NCBI GenBank assembly: GCA_937901895.1
Contig: CALGTD010000138.1
Location: forward strand, 39,688-103,687
Origin: an uncultured Spartobacteria bacterium
GTDB taxonomy: Bacteria; Verrucomicrobiota; Verrucomicrobiia; Chthoniobacterales; JAATET01
Length of the DNA: 64,000 nt
Direction of reading: 5' to 3'
Of the stretch, positions 20,427 through 28,989 are shown one piece after another (within the stretch, counting starts at the first letter, position 1; the number at the start of each line of letters is the position of its first letter). The notes below the pieces were generated by a model. It was not told where the DNA came from and ran no database searches. It saw only the letters and a list, made by a program, of their open reading frames with translations. The translations under genes and the position numbers were made by a program.

Positions 20427-22128
20427 ATGAATATCCGGCGCCTGTCCAGTTACGTGTCTTTTCATTGGGCCCTTGTCGTCGGCTTTTCTGTCGGGTTGCC
20501 GGAAGTGACGGCGCAGGAGAAGCGCTGGAAGGTCGAACTCGTGCGGGATATCGCGCCGGGGAGCGACGGATCGTCCCCGAGGAATTTACAAACTGCGGGC
20601 GGAATCGTCTATTTTACGGCAAACGATGGGGTGACCGGCCGGGGTTGTGGCGCACCAACGGCACGCCCGGAGGCACGGTGCCGGTCGCGGATATCCTACC
20701 CGGCCCGTTGACGGCATTCCCGGGGCCAAACAGCTTCGGCTCCTTGAATGGGCTGCTGGTTTTTCGGGCGTATGAGAACAATGGCGGGGCAGAGCTCTGG
20801 CGTTCGGAAGGCCTGGCCGCCAATACCGCTCGGATTTTCGATTTGAATCCCGGCGCCAGTGGTTCCAACCCTTTCGGTCTTGTGGAGATCGACGGGGCGC
20901 TCATGTTCGATGCCGAAATCCCCGCGACCGGCGCGGAACTTTATCGCACCGATGGCACGGCAGCGGGGACTTCCCTGGTGATGGACATCTGGCCGGGGGC
21001 GTCCGGTTCTTCGCCAGCGTCCTTTCAGCGGGCGGGCAATGCCGTGTTCTTTTCCGCGGAACGGCCGGCCGAGGGGCGGGAGCTTTGGCGCACGCTGGGC
21101 ACCTTCCTCACGACGACTCTCGTGAGAGATATCCAACCGGGGGCCAATTCCTCCAACATTACGTTGATGACGCCCGTGGGCGATCGGGTGTTTTTTCCGC
21201 CACCGATGGAGCGACGGGCACCGAAGTCTGGGTGAGCGATGGGACCTTCGCGGGAACCACCGTCACGCTGGACATCAATCCCGGGGCGGCGGGATCCTCC
21301 CCCTCCAATTTTGTCGGCATCGGGAACCGGCTGTTCTTCTCCGCGGCCATCCCCGCCACCGGTCGGGAGCCCTGGTGCAGTGACGGCACGCCCGCGGGAA
21401 CGGTGATGCTCGGCGATCTCAATCCCGGGGGAGATTCCTTCCCGGCTTTCTTCGTCGGGCTGAATGGGATGGTTCTTTTTTCCGCATTCACGCCGGCGCA
21501 GGGAACGGAACTCTGGCGCACCGATGGCACACCGGCGGGCACATCATTGTTCGTGGAAATCCGCCCGGGCCCGCTGGGATCGTCCCCCCGGCCTCTCGGC
21601 GTCATCGGAAACGAACTTCTTTTCGCCGCCGCCGATGACTCCCACGGCTACGAGATCTGGGCCACGGACGGAACCGTCGCCGGCACCCGCCTCGTGAAGG
21701 ATATCAATCCCGGGTCCGTTAGCAGCATTGGAACGGTTGTCTCCCACGTCGCGCCGGATGGATCGCTCCTCTTCGAGGCGATTACGCCCGCCACCGGCAG
21801 CGAACTCTATCGGGCCTCCCTCGATACCACGAGACCCCGGCTGCGCGGAGTGAAGAAGCGGCGGGCGACCGAGGCCCTCCGGATCCGGCTCAAAGGCCGT
21901 GTAACGGACGATCTCTACGCCGGGCGGGTGGAATACCGTCTGAAACGTCCCGGAGCCGGAACCACGAAATGGCGGAAGACGAAACTGCGCGGCAAGGGGC
22001 CGGAGGAGAAACGCTGGGTGTTGCGCCTCGCACTGCGTGAACCCGGCGCCCATGTCGTCCGCCTGCGTGCCGTGGATGGCAACGGCAACGTCAGCAAGCG
22101 CAAGAGGGCGCGTATCACCCGGATCTAG
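20427..22128 (+). pseudogene. ELWxxDGT-repeat secreted protein interrupted by two -1 frameshifts
   Basis: A signal peptide (MNIRRLSSYVSFHWALVVGFSVGLPEVTAQ) is followed by about 48-aa repeats (…GxELWRTDGTxAGTxLVxDIxPGxxGSxP…). The reading frame jumps from the 20400 frame to the 20255 frame at the G4 run 20641-20644, and to the 21085 frame at the T6 run 21191-21196. Adding one G and one T restores ...GVTGRGLWRTNGT... and ...DRVFFSATDGATGTEVW... Confidence 0.7.
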
Positions 22129-22129
22129 C

Positions 22130-23071
22130 TCACGCGTTGCGGGCCGTCGCAGGACGTCTCCTGCGCGCGGCGCCCATGGCCAGCACACCGGCCGCCGCCA
22201 GCAGCGCCACGGTTTCCGGCTCCGGCACCACCGAGGCGATCGCAGCATCGCCGAAATTCTCCGTGCCCACGTAGCCGCGCAGGGCCATCGTTCCCGTCGT
22301 GGCGTCGCCGACGATCTGGCCGGTGAGATTCGTGAGCACGCCGTCGACGAGCACATTGAAAAGCACGTTGCCCTCCGGCGTCACGGACCCGATGTGCGTG
22401 AACGCATCGCCATCCGCTGCGAGGCCCGTGCCCCAGAAATAGCCGTTGCGATAACCGGTTACGGAAAACTGCGCGGGGTCCGCGGTTCCGAAAACTCCCG
22501 GCGCCGCCAGATTCCATATCGTGCCGTCCATCCATGCCCATTCCGTCGAGAGCAGCGTCCCTTCGTCCCAGTCCGTCGGCGGCGTGAACGGCCCGTCCGG
22601 CACCTGCGCCATGTAGGCCCAATGCGTCACGTAAGCCGACCCGGTCCCCGTCAGCATCTGCATCTCCATGAATCGCCCCCCAACGAAGTTTCGCACCTGC
22701 CCGATGCCCACGGTCACCGGTCCGCCCGCCGACTCCCCGTTCGGAGTGAAGACGATGCGCACCTGCCCCTCCGGAGTGACGATGCCGCTCATCGATGAGG
22801 TCGAGACGGTATCCTGGCCGAGAATCGTCAACGTCGCCGAGCTTTCGCCGGTGAACGTCCCGCCCGAGGCGCTGGTGATGTTCCACAGCGTCTGATCGCC
22901 GATCGGAATCGGCGTCGAGAGATCCGACCCCGGTGTGAGGTAGGCGAGCAGATTGGCCGCCGGCACATACCACTGCGTATCCGCCAGCCAGTCGGACGGC
23001 GACTCCGCTCGTGCCGTTGACCATCCGACCATTCCCGCCGCCAGCACCGCAAGGAATCCGTGCTTTCGCAT
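22130..23071 (-). CDS. PEP-CTERM sorting-domain secreted protein (313 aa)
   Basis: Trimmed to the ATG at 23071 (MRKHGFLAVLAAGMVGWSTARA, a signal peptide). The C-terminus, VVPEPETVALLAAAGVLAMGAARRRR, shows the PEP motif, a TM helix and a basic tail. Confidence 0.85.
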   Translation of the reverse strand: MRKHGFLAVLAAGMVGWSTARAESPSDWLADTQWYVPAANLLAYLTPGSDLSTPIPIGDQTLWNITSASGGTFTGESSATLTILGQDTVSTSSMSGIVTPEGQVRIVFTPNGESAGGPVTVGIGQVRNFVGGRFMEMQMLTGTGSAYVTHWAYMAQVPDGPFTPPTDWDEGTLLSTEWAWMDGTIWNLAAPGVFGTADPAQFSVTGYRNGYFWGTGLAADGDAFTHIGSVTPEGNVLFNVLVDGVLTNLTGQIVGDATTGTMALRGYVGTENFGDAAIASVVPEPETVALLAAAGVLAMGAARRRRPATARNA

Positions 23072-23173
23072 GACTACAGCCTTCCAGAATCCGTGAAGTC
23101 GAGCCATTCCAAAGCACCGGCATTGGCGTGTAGTTTTACGCCTGCAACCGAAGCGATGAAGCTGCTCGAGGCA

Positions 23174-23236
23174 TCCCGGTTTCCAGAGGCGATGTCCCGG
23201 TTTCGCAGAGAGGCGTCCCGGTTTCCTGGAGCGATG
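23174..23236. repeat. Three phased direct repeats, TCCCGGTTTC core, exact 21-bp period
   Basis: Cores lie at 23174-23183, 23195-23204 and 23216-23225, with similar flanks (..cAGAGGCGatg / gcAGAGAGGCG / cTGGAGCGatg). They sit 103-165 bp upstream of the PEP-CTERM gene start (23071, minus strand). Confidence 0.8.
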
Positions 23237-23367
23237 GCTTGGATCCAAGAGATGACGGCCGGTTTGCGGGGGTGACATTGCGCGGGACGCGCTCCTCCGT
23301 TTGTGGCTGCCGCGGCCCGGAGGTCCGTGACCTGCTCCAAGAGCGTCTGAGGCGGTCAGCGGGAGGT

Positions 23368-23403
23368 GGAAATAAAAAGGGCCCCGCTTGCGCGAGGCCC
23401 TTT
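23368..23403 (-). terminator. Rho-independent terminator downstream of the GH92 gene
   Basis: On the minus strand: AAAGGGCC, a 12-nt loop, then GGCCCTTT followed by TTTTTATTT. The stem is 23376-23383 / 23396-23403 and the U-tract corresponds to the forward aaataaaaa. It begins 18 nt past the GH92 stop. Confidence 0.7.
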
Positions 23404-23420
23404 CGGAAGAGGAATCCGGC

Positions 23421-25778
23421 TTATTTCTGCGGGAAGGCCGGGTCTTTGATCTTCGCCGTTTCGGGGTCGATCGTGAGATCCACGTATTCCGAGAGCGACT
23501 GCGGCAGCTGGTCGGGCCGCCACGGTTCGGTGCGGATCGCCGGCTCGCGGCTCATCGTGAAGTCGAGCGTGGCGCCTTCCATGAGCGTCTTGTAGGGAAT
23601 CGCGAGCTTGTCGTAGGGCTTGCCGTTCACCGTGAGCGACTCGACGAACACCTTGCCCGGCGCGTTGTCGGGCGCATTGATCGTGAGGTGCTTTCCGCCG
23701 GGGAGCTGGATGACGGCCTTGCGGACCATCGGCGAGCCGATGACGAATTCGTCGCGGCCCGGGCACAGCGGGTAGAGGCCGATCGCGCTGAGGATATACC
23801 AGGCGGACATCTCGCCGTTGTCCTCGTCGCCGCCGAATCCCTCGGGGCTGTAGGCCTCGTCCATCACGCGGCGCACCCAATATTGGGTCTTCCACGGATA
23901 GCCGGCCGCCACGTAGAGGTAGGGCACGTGGTGCACGGTCTGGTTGCTGTGCGCGTATTGGCCGAAGGGGAGGCGCGCCATTTCCACCATCTCGTGGATC
24001 ACGCTGTTGTAGCCGTCGGGGCCGGTGTGGTAGGTGCCGGGCTTGGCGAACATTTCGTCGAGCTTGTCCACGAAGTTCTTCGGGCCGCCCATGAGGTTGA
24101 TGAGGCCGGCCGGGTCGTGCTGAACGGACCACGTGCTCTGCCAGGGGCCGCCTTCGACGTAGGGGCCGCCCCATGCAAATTCGTCGAAGGGCTCCTTGAA
24201 GCCGCCTTCCTTGAGCCGGCCGCGCATGAAGTTGGTCTCCTTGTCGAAGTTGTTCTGGTAGTTGAGCGCGCGCTTCTCGAACTTCTCGACCAGCTCGTCC
24301 TCGCCGAGGACGCGGGCGACCTGCGCGATGCAGAAGTCGTCGTAGGCGTAGTCGAGCGCCGCGCTGGCGGACGCATGCGCCTCGCCGTCGTAGACGTAGC
24401 CGCGCTCGAGGTAGCCGGAGAGGCCGGGGCGGCCGAATCCGTCGTCACCGGGAACGATCGTGTCGGCGTGCTTGAGCATGCCTTCGAACGCCTCGCGGAC
24501 ATCGAAGTTTCCGATCCCCTTCACCACCGCATCAGCGACGACCGCGTCGCTGTGCGAGCCGATCATGCACGCGCGATAGCCGGGCGCGGGCCACTGCGGG
24601 AACCAGCCGCCCTCGCGCAGAGCGGTCATCCAGCCGTCCATGATCTGCCCGTAACGCTCGGGATCGACGATGGAGAGGAACGAGTAGTAGGTGCGGTAGG
24701 TGTCCCAGAATCCGTTGTCGGAGTAGAGAATGCCGGGTTCGACCTTGCCGGTGTAGGGGCTGTAGTGGATCGGCTTCCCTTCCTTATTGAACTCGAAGAA
24801 TTCACGCGGGAAGAGCTGCGCGCGGTAGAGGCAGCTGTAGAACGTGCGCGTCTCGCGCGGGGTGGCCTCGATGTCGATCTTGCCGAGCGCCTTGTTCCAG
24901 ATCTCGCGGCCTTCGGCACTCACGGTGTCGAAGTCGCGGTCGCCGATCTCGCTCTGCGCGTTGAATCCAGCCTGCTCGGTGCTGATGAACGACGTGCCGA
25001 TGCGCATGGTGACGACGAGCGGCTTGCCGTCGGTGCTCGGCGCGAAGTCGATCACGGCGCCGATGTTGTCGCCCTCGAGCTTGGCCTTGGCGTCCTTCTT
25101 GATGTGCCCGAGCTCGGAGATCTGGGCCTTGGCGACCGGCTTGTCGAAGACGGCGGAGAAGTAGAACGCGTAGTTTTCAGGCACGCCGCCGGAGTTCGAA
25201 CGGGTGAACCCAGTGAACTTCTGCCCGTCGGCCGAGAGCTCGACCTGCGATTTGGCCGAACATTCGAGCATCACGCGGCCGGGCTTGCCGGCGGGAAAGG
25301 TGAACTCGAAGACGGCCGAACGGTCCGTGGGCGTCATGCGGATCTTCACGTCCGCGGGCTTGAGCGTGAGCGACATTTCATTCGGCGAGAGCTGCAGCCC
25401 TTCGAAGCGAGACTCGCGATTCTTCGACGTGACGTCGTCGCCCATCGGGCGCGCATCCCCGGCGGATGCGGTGATGTTGAACACGCCGTAGTCGCCCATC
25501 CACGGGCTCGGCTGGTGTGTGGAGCGGATGCCCTGGATCGAGCTGCTCTTCGGATCGAAGAACCAGCGTTCCTCCTTGGTCTGCATCGTCCAGTCGGTCA
25601 TGGCGAACGGTCGCGCGACCATCGGGATCGTATTGCCGGTCGAGACGTCGTGGGTCGAGTCGGTGCCCTGGAGGACGTTGACGTATTGGACGTAATCCCG
25701 CGCGGAGAGCGGCGCAATGCCTGCCGCGACGAGAGCCGCGACCCGCAGGAGTCTGCGTGAGATGGATGATTTACTCAT
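23421..25778 (-). CDS. GH92 family alpha-mannosidase (secreted), 785 aa
   Basis: Trimmed to the ATG at 25778 (MSKSSISRRLLRVAALVAAGIAPLSA, a signal peptide). GH92 hallmarks include YVNVLQGTDSTHDVSTGNTIPMVARPFAMTDWT, THQPSPWMGDYG and DEDNGEMSAWYILSAIGLYPLCPG. Confidence 0.9.
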   Translation of the reverse strand: MSKSSISRRLLRVAALVAAGIAPLSARDYVQYVNVLQGTDSTHDVSTGNTIPMVARPFAMTDWTMQTKEERWFFDPKSSSIQGIRSTHQPSPWMGDYGVFNITASAGDARPMGDDVTSKNRESRFEGLQLSPNEMSLTLKPADVKIRMTPTDRSAVFEFTFPAGKPGRVMLECSAKSQVELSADGQKFTGFTRSNSGGVPENYAFYFSAVFDKPVAKAQISELGHIKKDAKAKLEGDNIGAVIDFAPSTDGKPLVVTMRIGTSFISTEQAGFNAQSEIGDRDFDTVSAEGREIWNKALGKIDIEATPRETRTFYSCLYRAQLFPREFFEFNKEGKPIHYSPYTGKVEPGILYSDNGFWDTYRTYYSFLSIVDPERYGQIMDGWMTALREGGWFPQWPAPGYRACMIGSHSDAVVADAVVKGIGNFDVREAFEGMLKHADTIVPGDDGFGRPGLSGYLERGYVYDGEAHASASAALDYAYDDFCIAQVARVLGEDELVEKFEKRALNYQNNFDKETNFMRGRLKEGGFKEPFDEFAWGGPYVEGGPWQSTWSVQHDPAGLINLMGGPKNFVDKLDEMFAKPGTYHTGPDGYNSVIHEMVEMARLPFGQYAHSNQTVHHVPYLYVAAGYPWKTQYWVRRVMDEAYSPEGFGGDEDNGEMSAWYILSAIGLYPLCPGRDEFVIGSPMVRKAVIQLPGGKHLTINAPDNAPGKVFVESLTVNGKPYDKLAIPYKTLMEGATLDFTMSREPAIRTEPWRPDQLPQSLSEYVDLTIDPETAKIKDPAFPQK

Positions 25779-25800
25779 GGTTATCAGGGGTATTGGAGGT

Positions 25801-27447
25801 TCACACCATGCGTGCGAGCAGGCCGGTGAGATACGGAAGAAGTTGCTTCTTGCGGGAAACAACCCCGTCAAGCTGCCATACATACGGCTCGAGGGAAGGG
25901 TAATCGATCAGGCGCGTGAAGTTCTCGGCGCCGCGCACGAGGAGCATCGAGTTCTGCGTGTTGATGTCGGTCACCAGCAGCGCGGCGAAGAGGAGTTTGC
26001 GTGCGGCCCGGAAATTCTCGAGCGACTCGAGCAACGCGTCCTTCTTCTCCTCGAAATGCGAGAAACTGAGCTCCTCGATCTGCGCCACGGTGAATTTCTC
26101 TCCGGATTCCTCGTATTCCTTGCAATCCGCCCCCACCGCCTGGTCGGTCGTCATCGTGAGCAGCGGAGAACCGACGGAGAAAATCTCCGAGGCAAGGTCG
26201 GCGGGCGCGATGCCGGCAATCTGCGCGAGGTGATCCATCACGCCGCGGTCGATGTCGGTCGTTGTGGGTGAGGTGAGGTTGAGTGTGTCGGAAATCACTC
26301 CTGCCATGAGAATGCCGGCGATCGGCTTCGGGATGGGAATGCCGGCGTATTGATAAAAGGTCGCGACGATGGTGCTGGTCGAGCCGACGGGGCGGTTCAC
26401 GAAAAGAATCGGCGCCTCGGTATGGACGGATCCGACGCGGTGATGGTCGAGGATTTCGACGATCGGAATCGTGTCGGCTCCCGCGACCGCCTGCGAAAGC
26501 TCGTTGTGATCGACAAGGATGAGCTGTCGCGGGATTGGCTTGAGAAAATCGGACTTCGAGAGGATGCCTTCGAGACGGCCGTCATCATCGAGGACGGGAA
26601 ACGCGAACTGCGAGGACAGGGCGACCTGCTGTCGCGCGGCGGCGAGCGGCATGTCCGGGGAGAGCGATTCGTATTCGGCCCAGAGCATCCGCTCGGCGGT
26701 GACCGCGCTGCGGGCGAGGAGCACCGTGGTCGCGGTGTCGTAGGGCGCGACGATCACGGTGACGCCCTTTTCCCGGGCGAGTGCAAGGATGTCGTCGCCG
26801 ACAGGCAGTTCCCCCGTCACGACGAGCGCCTTCACTCCGGCTTCGATCGAGATGCGTTGGATGTTGAACCGGTCGCCAACGATGAGCACCGTGTTCGCGA
26901 GATCGAGGGACCGGATGCGCTGCTCGAACGACGAGGTGTGCATGGCCGCCACGACCAATATGTGGCGCATCGTTTCCCGGCAGAGCGTGCCGGCGAGAAC
27001 TTCGCCGTGAATGGTCGCGCAGATGTTCGAGAGCGACGCGTCCACCATGCCGGTGGAATAGATCTCCTCCGGGGGAGGGAAGAGGTGGCGGCTGATCTTG
27101 ACGCTGGAAATCAGACCCACGCAGCGATTTTCCGAATCCACGACCGGCAGACCCCGAAAACGATTTTCGCCGATCTGGAGCATCGCCTTGTAAACGGGTT
27201 CGCCGATGCTCGCGGTGACGACATTTCGCTCCATGACGTCCGAAACCCGCGGGCGCACATCGCTGTAAAATGCGGGGGGTTCGACGCCGAATTTCTCAAG
27301 GACGTAATCGATGCGCTCGTTTGTGTTTCCGCAGCGCCCGGCCGTGACCGCCGCATCGCCGGAAAGGCGTTTGAACTCTGCATAACCGATCGCGGACACG
27401 ATAGCGTCCATGTCGGGATTCCTGTGGCCGATGACGATGGTTTCCAA
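25801..27447 (-). CDS. CBS-domain family II (DHH) inorganic pyrophosphatase with a DRTGG insert, 548 aa, probable TTG start
   Basis: The architecture is DHH N-domain (IVIGHRNPDMDAI ... ILDHHRVG), two CBS domains, a DRTGG domain (LIVGDRFNIQ...ALVVTGE) and a DHHA2 C-domain. The 709-aa ORF runs into the GNAT gene in another frame. The only start candidate after the GNAT stop is the TTG at 27447, giving (M)ETIVIGHRNPDMD. Confidence 0.8.
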   Translation of the reverse strand: METIVIGHRNPDMDAIVSAIGYAEFKRLSGDAAVTAGRCGNTNERIDYVLEKFGVEPPAFYSDVRPRVSDVMERNVVTASIGEPVYKAMLQIGENRFRGLPVVDSENRCVGLISSVKISRHLFPPPEEIYSTGMVDASLSNICATIHGEVLAGTLCRETMRHILVVAAMHTSSFEQRIRSLDLANTVLIVGDRFNIQRISIEAGVKALVVTGELPVGDDILALAREKGVTVIVAPYDTATTVLLARSAVTAERMLWAEYESLSPDMPLAAARQQVALSSQFAFPVLDDDGRLEGILSKSDFLKPIPRQLILVDHNELSQAVAGADTIPIVEILDHHRVGSVHTEAPILFVNRPVGSTSTIVATFYQYAGIPIPKPIAGILMAGVISDTLNLTSPTTTDIDRGVMDHLAQIAGIAPADLASEIFSVGSPLLTMTTDQAVGADCKEYEESGEKFTVAQIEELSFSHFEEKKDALLESLENFRAARKLLFAALLVTDINTQNSMLLVRGAENFTRLIDYPSLEPYVWQLDGVVSRKKQLLPYLTGLLARMV

Positions 27448-27466
27448 GAGGTCGAACGAAAGGGAT

Positions 27467-27958
27467 TTACGAGGTTGCAGAATTAGCAGGATTTCGAGGC
27501 AGCGAAAGGCGCAGAATTGCGACAGGTTTGGCCTGGACCATTTCCTCCTGAACGAAGCTCCAGCCCAACCGTTCGTAGAAATGCCGGTGGTCGGGGGTCC
27601 ACAGATGCAGCGTGCGGATGCCCATGGCTCCGGCGCGACGCATGGTTTCGCGGACGATCTGTGTGCCGAGCCCGGCACCGCGACGGTCGGCGCGCACGAT
27701 GACGGAGCCGAGCCACGGGCTGAACTCCGGATAGGGCAGCACGTCGTCCACGAGGAGCGACGCCGCGGCGACGGGTTCGTCGTTTTCGAGCAGGACGACC
27801 GTGCAGTCGGGGCGGTCGCGATTGCGGGCGCAGGATTCCGCCTCGTCCAGGGCGGTGAACCCGGGACGGAACAGATACGGCCACTCGGCGTCATACCACG
27901 CGGCCAGAGTCGGCGCGAGGTGAGGCACATCCGCGAGAAGCCGGAAATCCAGGGCCAT
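27467..27958 (-). CDS. GNAT family N-acetyltransferase (163 aa)
   Basis: Acetyl-CoA binding motif VRADRRGAGLGTQIVRETMRRA (R/Q-x-x-G-x-G/A) and C-terminal FYERLGW. Confidence 0.8.
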   Translation of the reverse strand: MALDFRLLADVPHLAPTLAAWYDAEWPYLFRPGFTALDEAESCARNRDRPDCTVVLLENDEPVAAASLLVDDVLPYPEFSPWLGSVIVRADRRGAGLGTQIVRETMRRAGAMGIRTLHLWTPDHRHFYERLGWSFVQEEMVQAKPVAILRLSLPRNPANSATS

Positions 27959-27998
27959 CCCGCGAGGTTAGCGACTCAGCGACGCGGCAAAAGCCGGA

Positions 27999-28985
27999 TC
28001 ACCACTGAACGAGCGTGGCGCCGTAGGTGAGGCCACCGCCGAAGGCTGCGAGCAGGATGTGGTCGCCTTCCTTGAAACGGCCTTCCCGATACGCCTCGTC
28101 GAGCGCGATCGCGCAGGATGCGCCGGAGGTGTTTCCGTAGCGGTCGAGGTTTGTGAAAAACCGCGAGAAGGGCATCTCCAGTTTTTCGGCGAGGGCCTGC
28201 AGGATGCGGATGTTGGCCTGGTGCGGAACGACGCACGCGATGTCTTCGGGGCGAAGGCCCGAGGCGAACAGGACGTTGTCGATCGACTGCGCCATGCACT
28301 GGATCGCGAGCTTGAAAGTCTCGCGGCCGTTCATGCGCAGGAAGCCGTTTGAATCCGGTGCGCCGATTTCGAGATGACTGCCAAAGCGTCCATCGCTGCC
28401 GAGTGAGGTGCTCACGATGCCGCGGCCATGTGGACTCGCGGTGAGAACGACCGCGCCCGCGCCGTCGCCGAAGAGGACGCAGGTATTGCGATCCGTCCAG
28501 TCGATCACGTCGCTGAGCCGGTCGGCGGCGATCACGAGCGCGTTGTCGTAGCGTCCGCTCGCGATCCACTGCCGGGCGTTCTCCACGGCGAAGAGAAAGC
28601 CGGAGCAAGCGGCGGCAACGTCGAAGCACACGGCGTTGAGCGCGCCGAGCTGCTTCTGCACTTCGCACGCAGCGGACGGGCAGGTTTTGTCCGCGGTGAT
28701 CGTGGCGACGACGATGAGGTCGATCTCGCCGGGTTCGACACCCGCGCTGGCCATCGCGCGCCGGGCGGCCTCGGTGGCCATGTGAGTGGTTGTTTCCGCC
28801 GCGGTGGCGATGCGACGTTCCTTGATCCCCGTGCGCGTGGTGATCCATTCATCGCTCGTGTCCACGCGCTCGGAGAGCTGCGCGTTGGTGAGGACCTGTG
28901 GCGGGACGTAGCTGCCCGTGCCGGCAAAGGCGGCGATGCGGATGTCGCTCCAGACGGATGAGTGCGTGAGGGTGTTGGTCTTCAT
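27999..28985 (-). CDS. fabH: 3-oxoacyl-ACP synthase III
   Basis: 328 aa. DEWITTRTGIKERRIA, active-site Cys in DVAAACSGFLFA, His in VVPHQANIRI and Asn in RYGNTSGAS. The start lies 4 nt after the RND pump stop. Confidence 0.92.
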   Translation of the reverse strand: MKTNTLTHSSVWSDIRIAAFAGTGSYVPPQVLTNAQLSERVDTSDEWITTRTGIKERRIATAAETTTHMATEAARRAMASAGVEPGEIDLIVVATITADKTCPSAACEVQKQLGALNAVCFDVAAACSGFLFAVENARQWIASGRYDNALVIAADRLSDVIDWTDRNTCVLFGDGAGAVVLTASPHGRGIVSTSLGSDGRFGSHLEIGAPDSNGFLRMNGRETFKLAIQCMAQSIDNVLFASGLRPEDIACVVPHQANIRILQALAEKLEMPFSRFFTNLDRYGNTSGASCAIALDEAYREGRFKEGDHILLAAFGGGLTYGATLVQW

Positions 28986-28989
28986 GGCT

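Noticed and set aside
23060-23275. 71-aa plus-strand ORF with a repetitive EASRFP/EAMSRF peptide.
   Set aside because: The peptide repeat is simply the translation of the 21-bp DNA direct repeats. There is no start context or coding signal, so it was treated as a regulatory repeat.
23388-25760. 790-aa plus-strand ORF opposite GH92. Similar ORFs are 31126..33408 opposite the RND pump and adaptor, 54317..56242 opposite metH, and 46795..48366 opposite hydrolase 1.
   Set aside because: Same antisense artefact. The opposite strands encode strongly supported families.
25801-27930. Reading the whole 709-aa ORF as one protein.
   Set aside because: The first ~160 codons overlap the GNAT gene (27467..27958) in another frame and translate to Arg/Pro/Ser-rich junk. 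DHH-family homology begins at ETIVIGHRNPDMD, so the gene was trimmed to the TTG at 27447.
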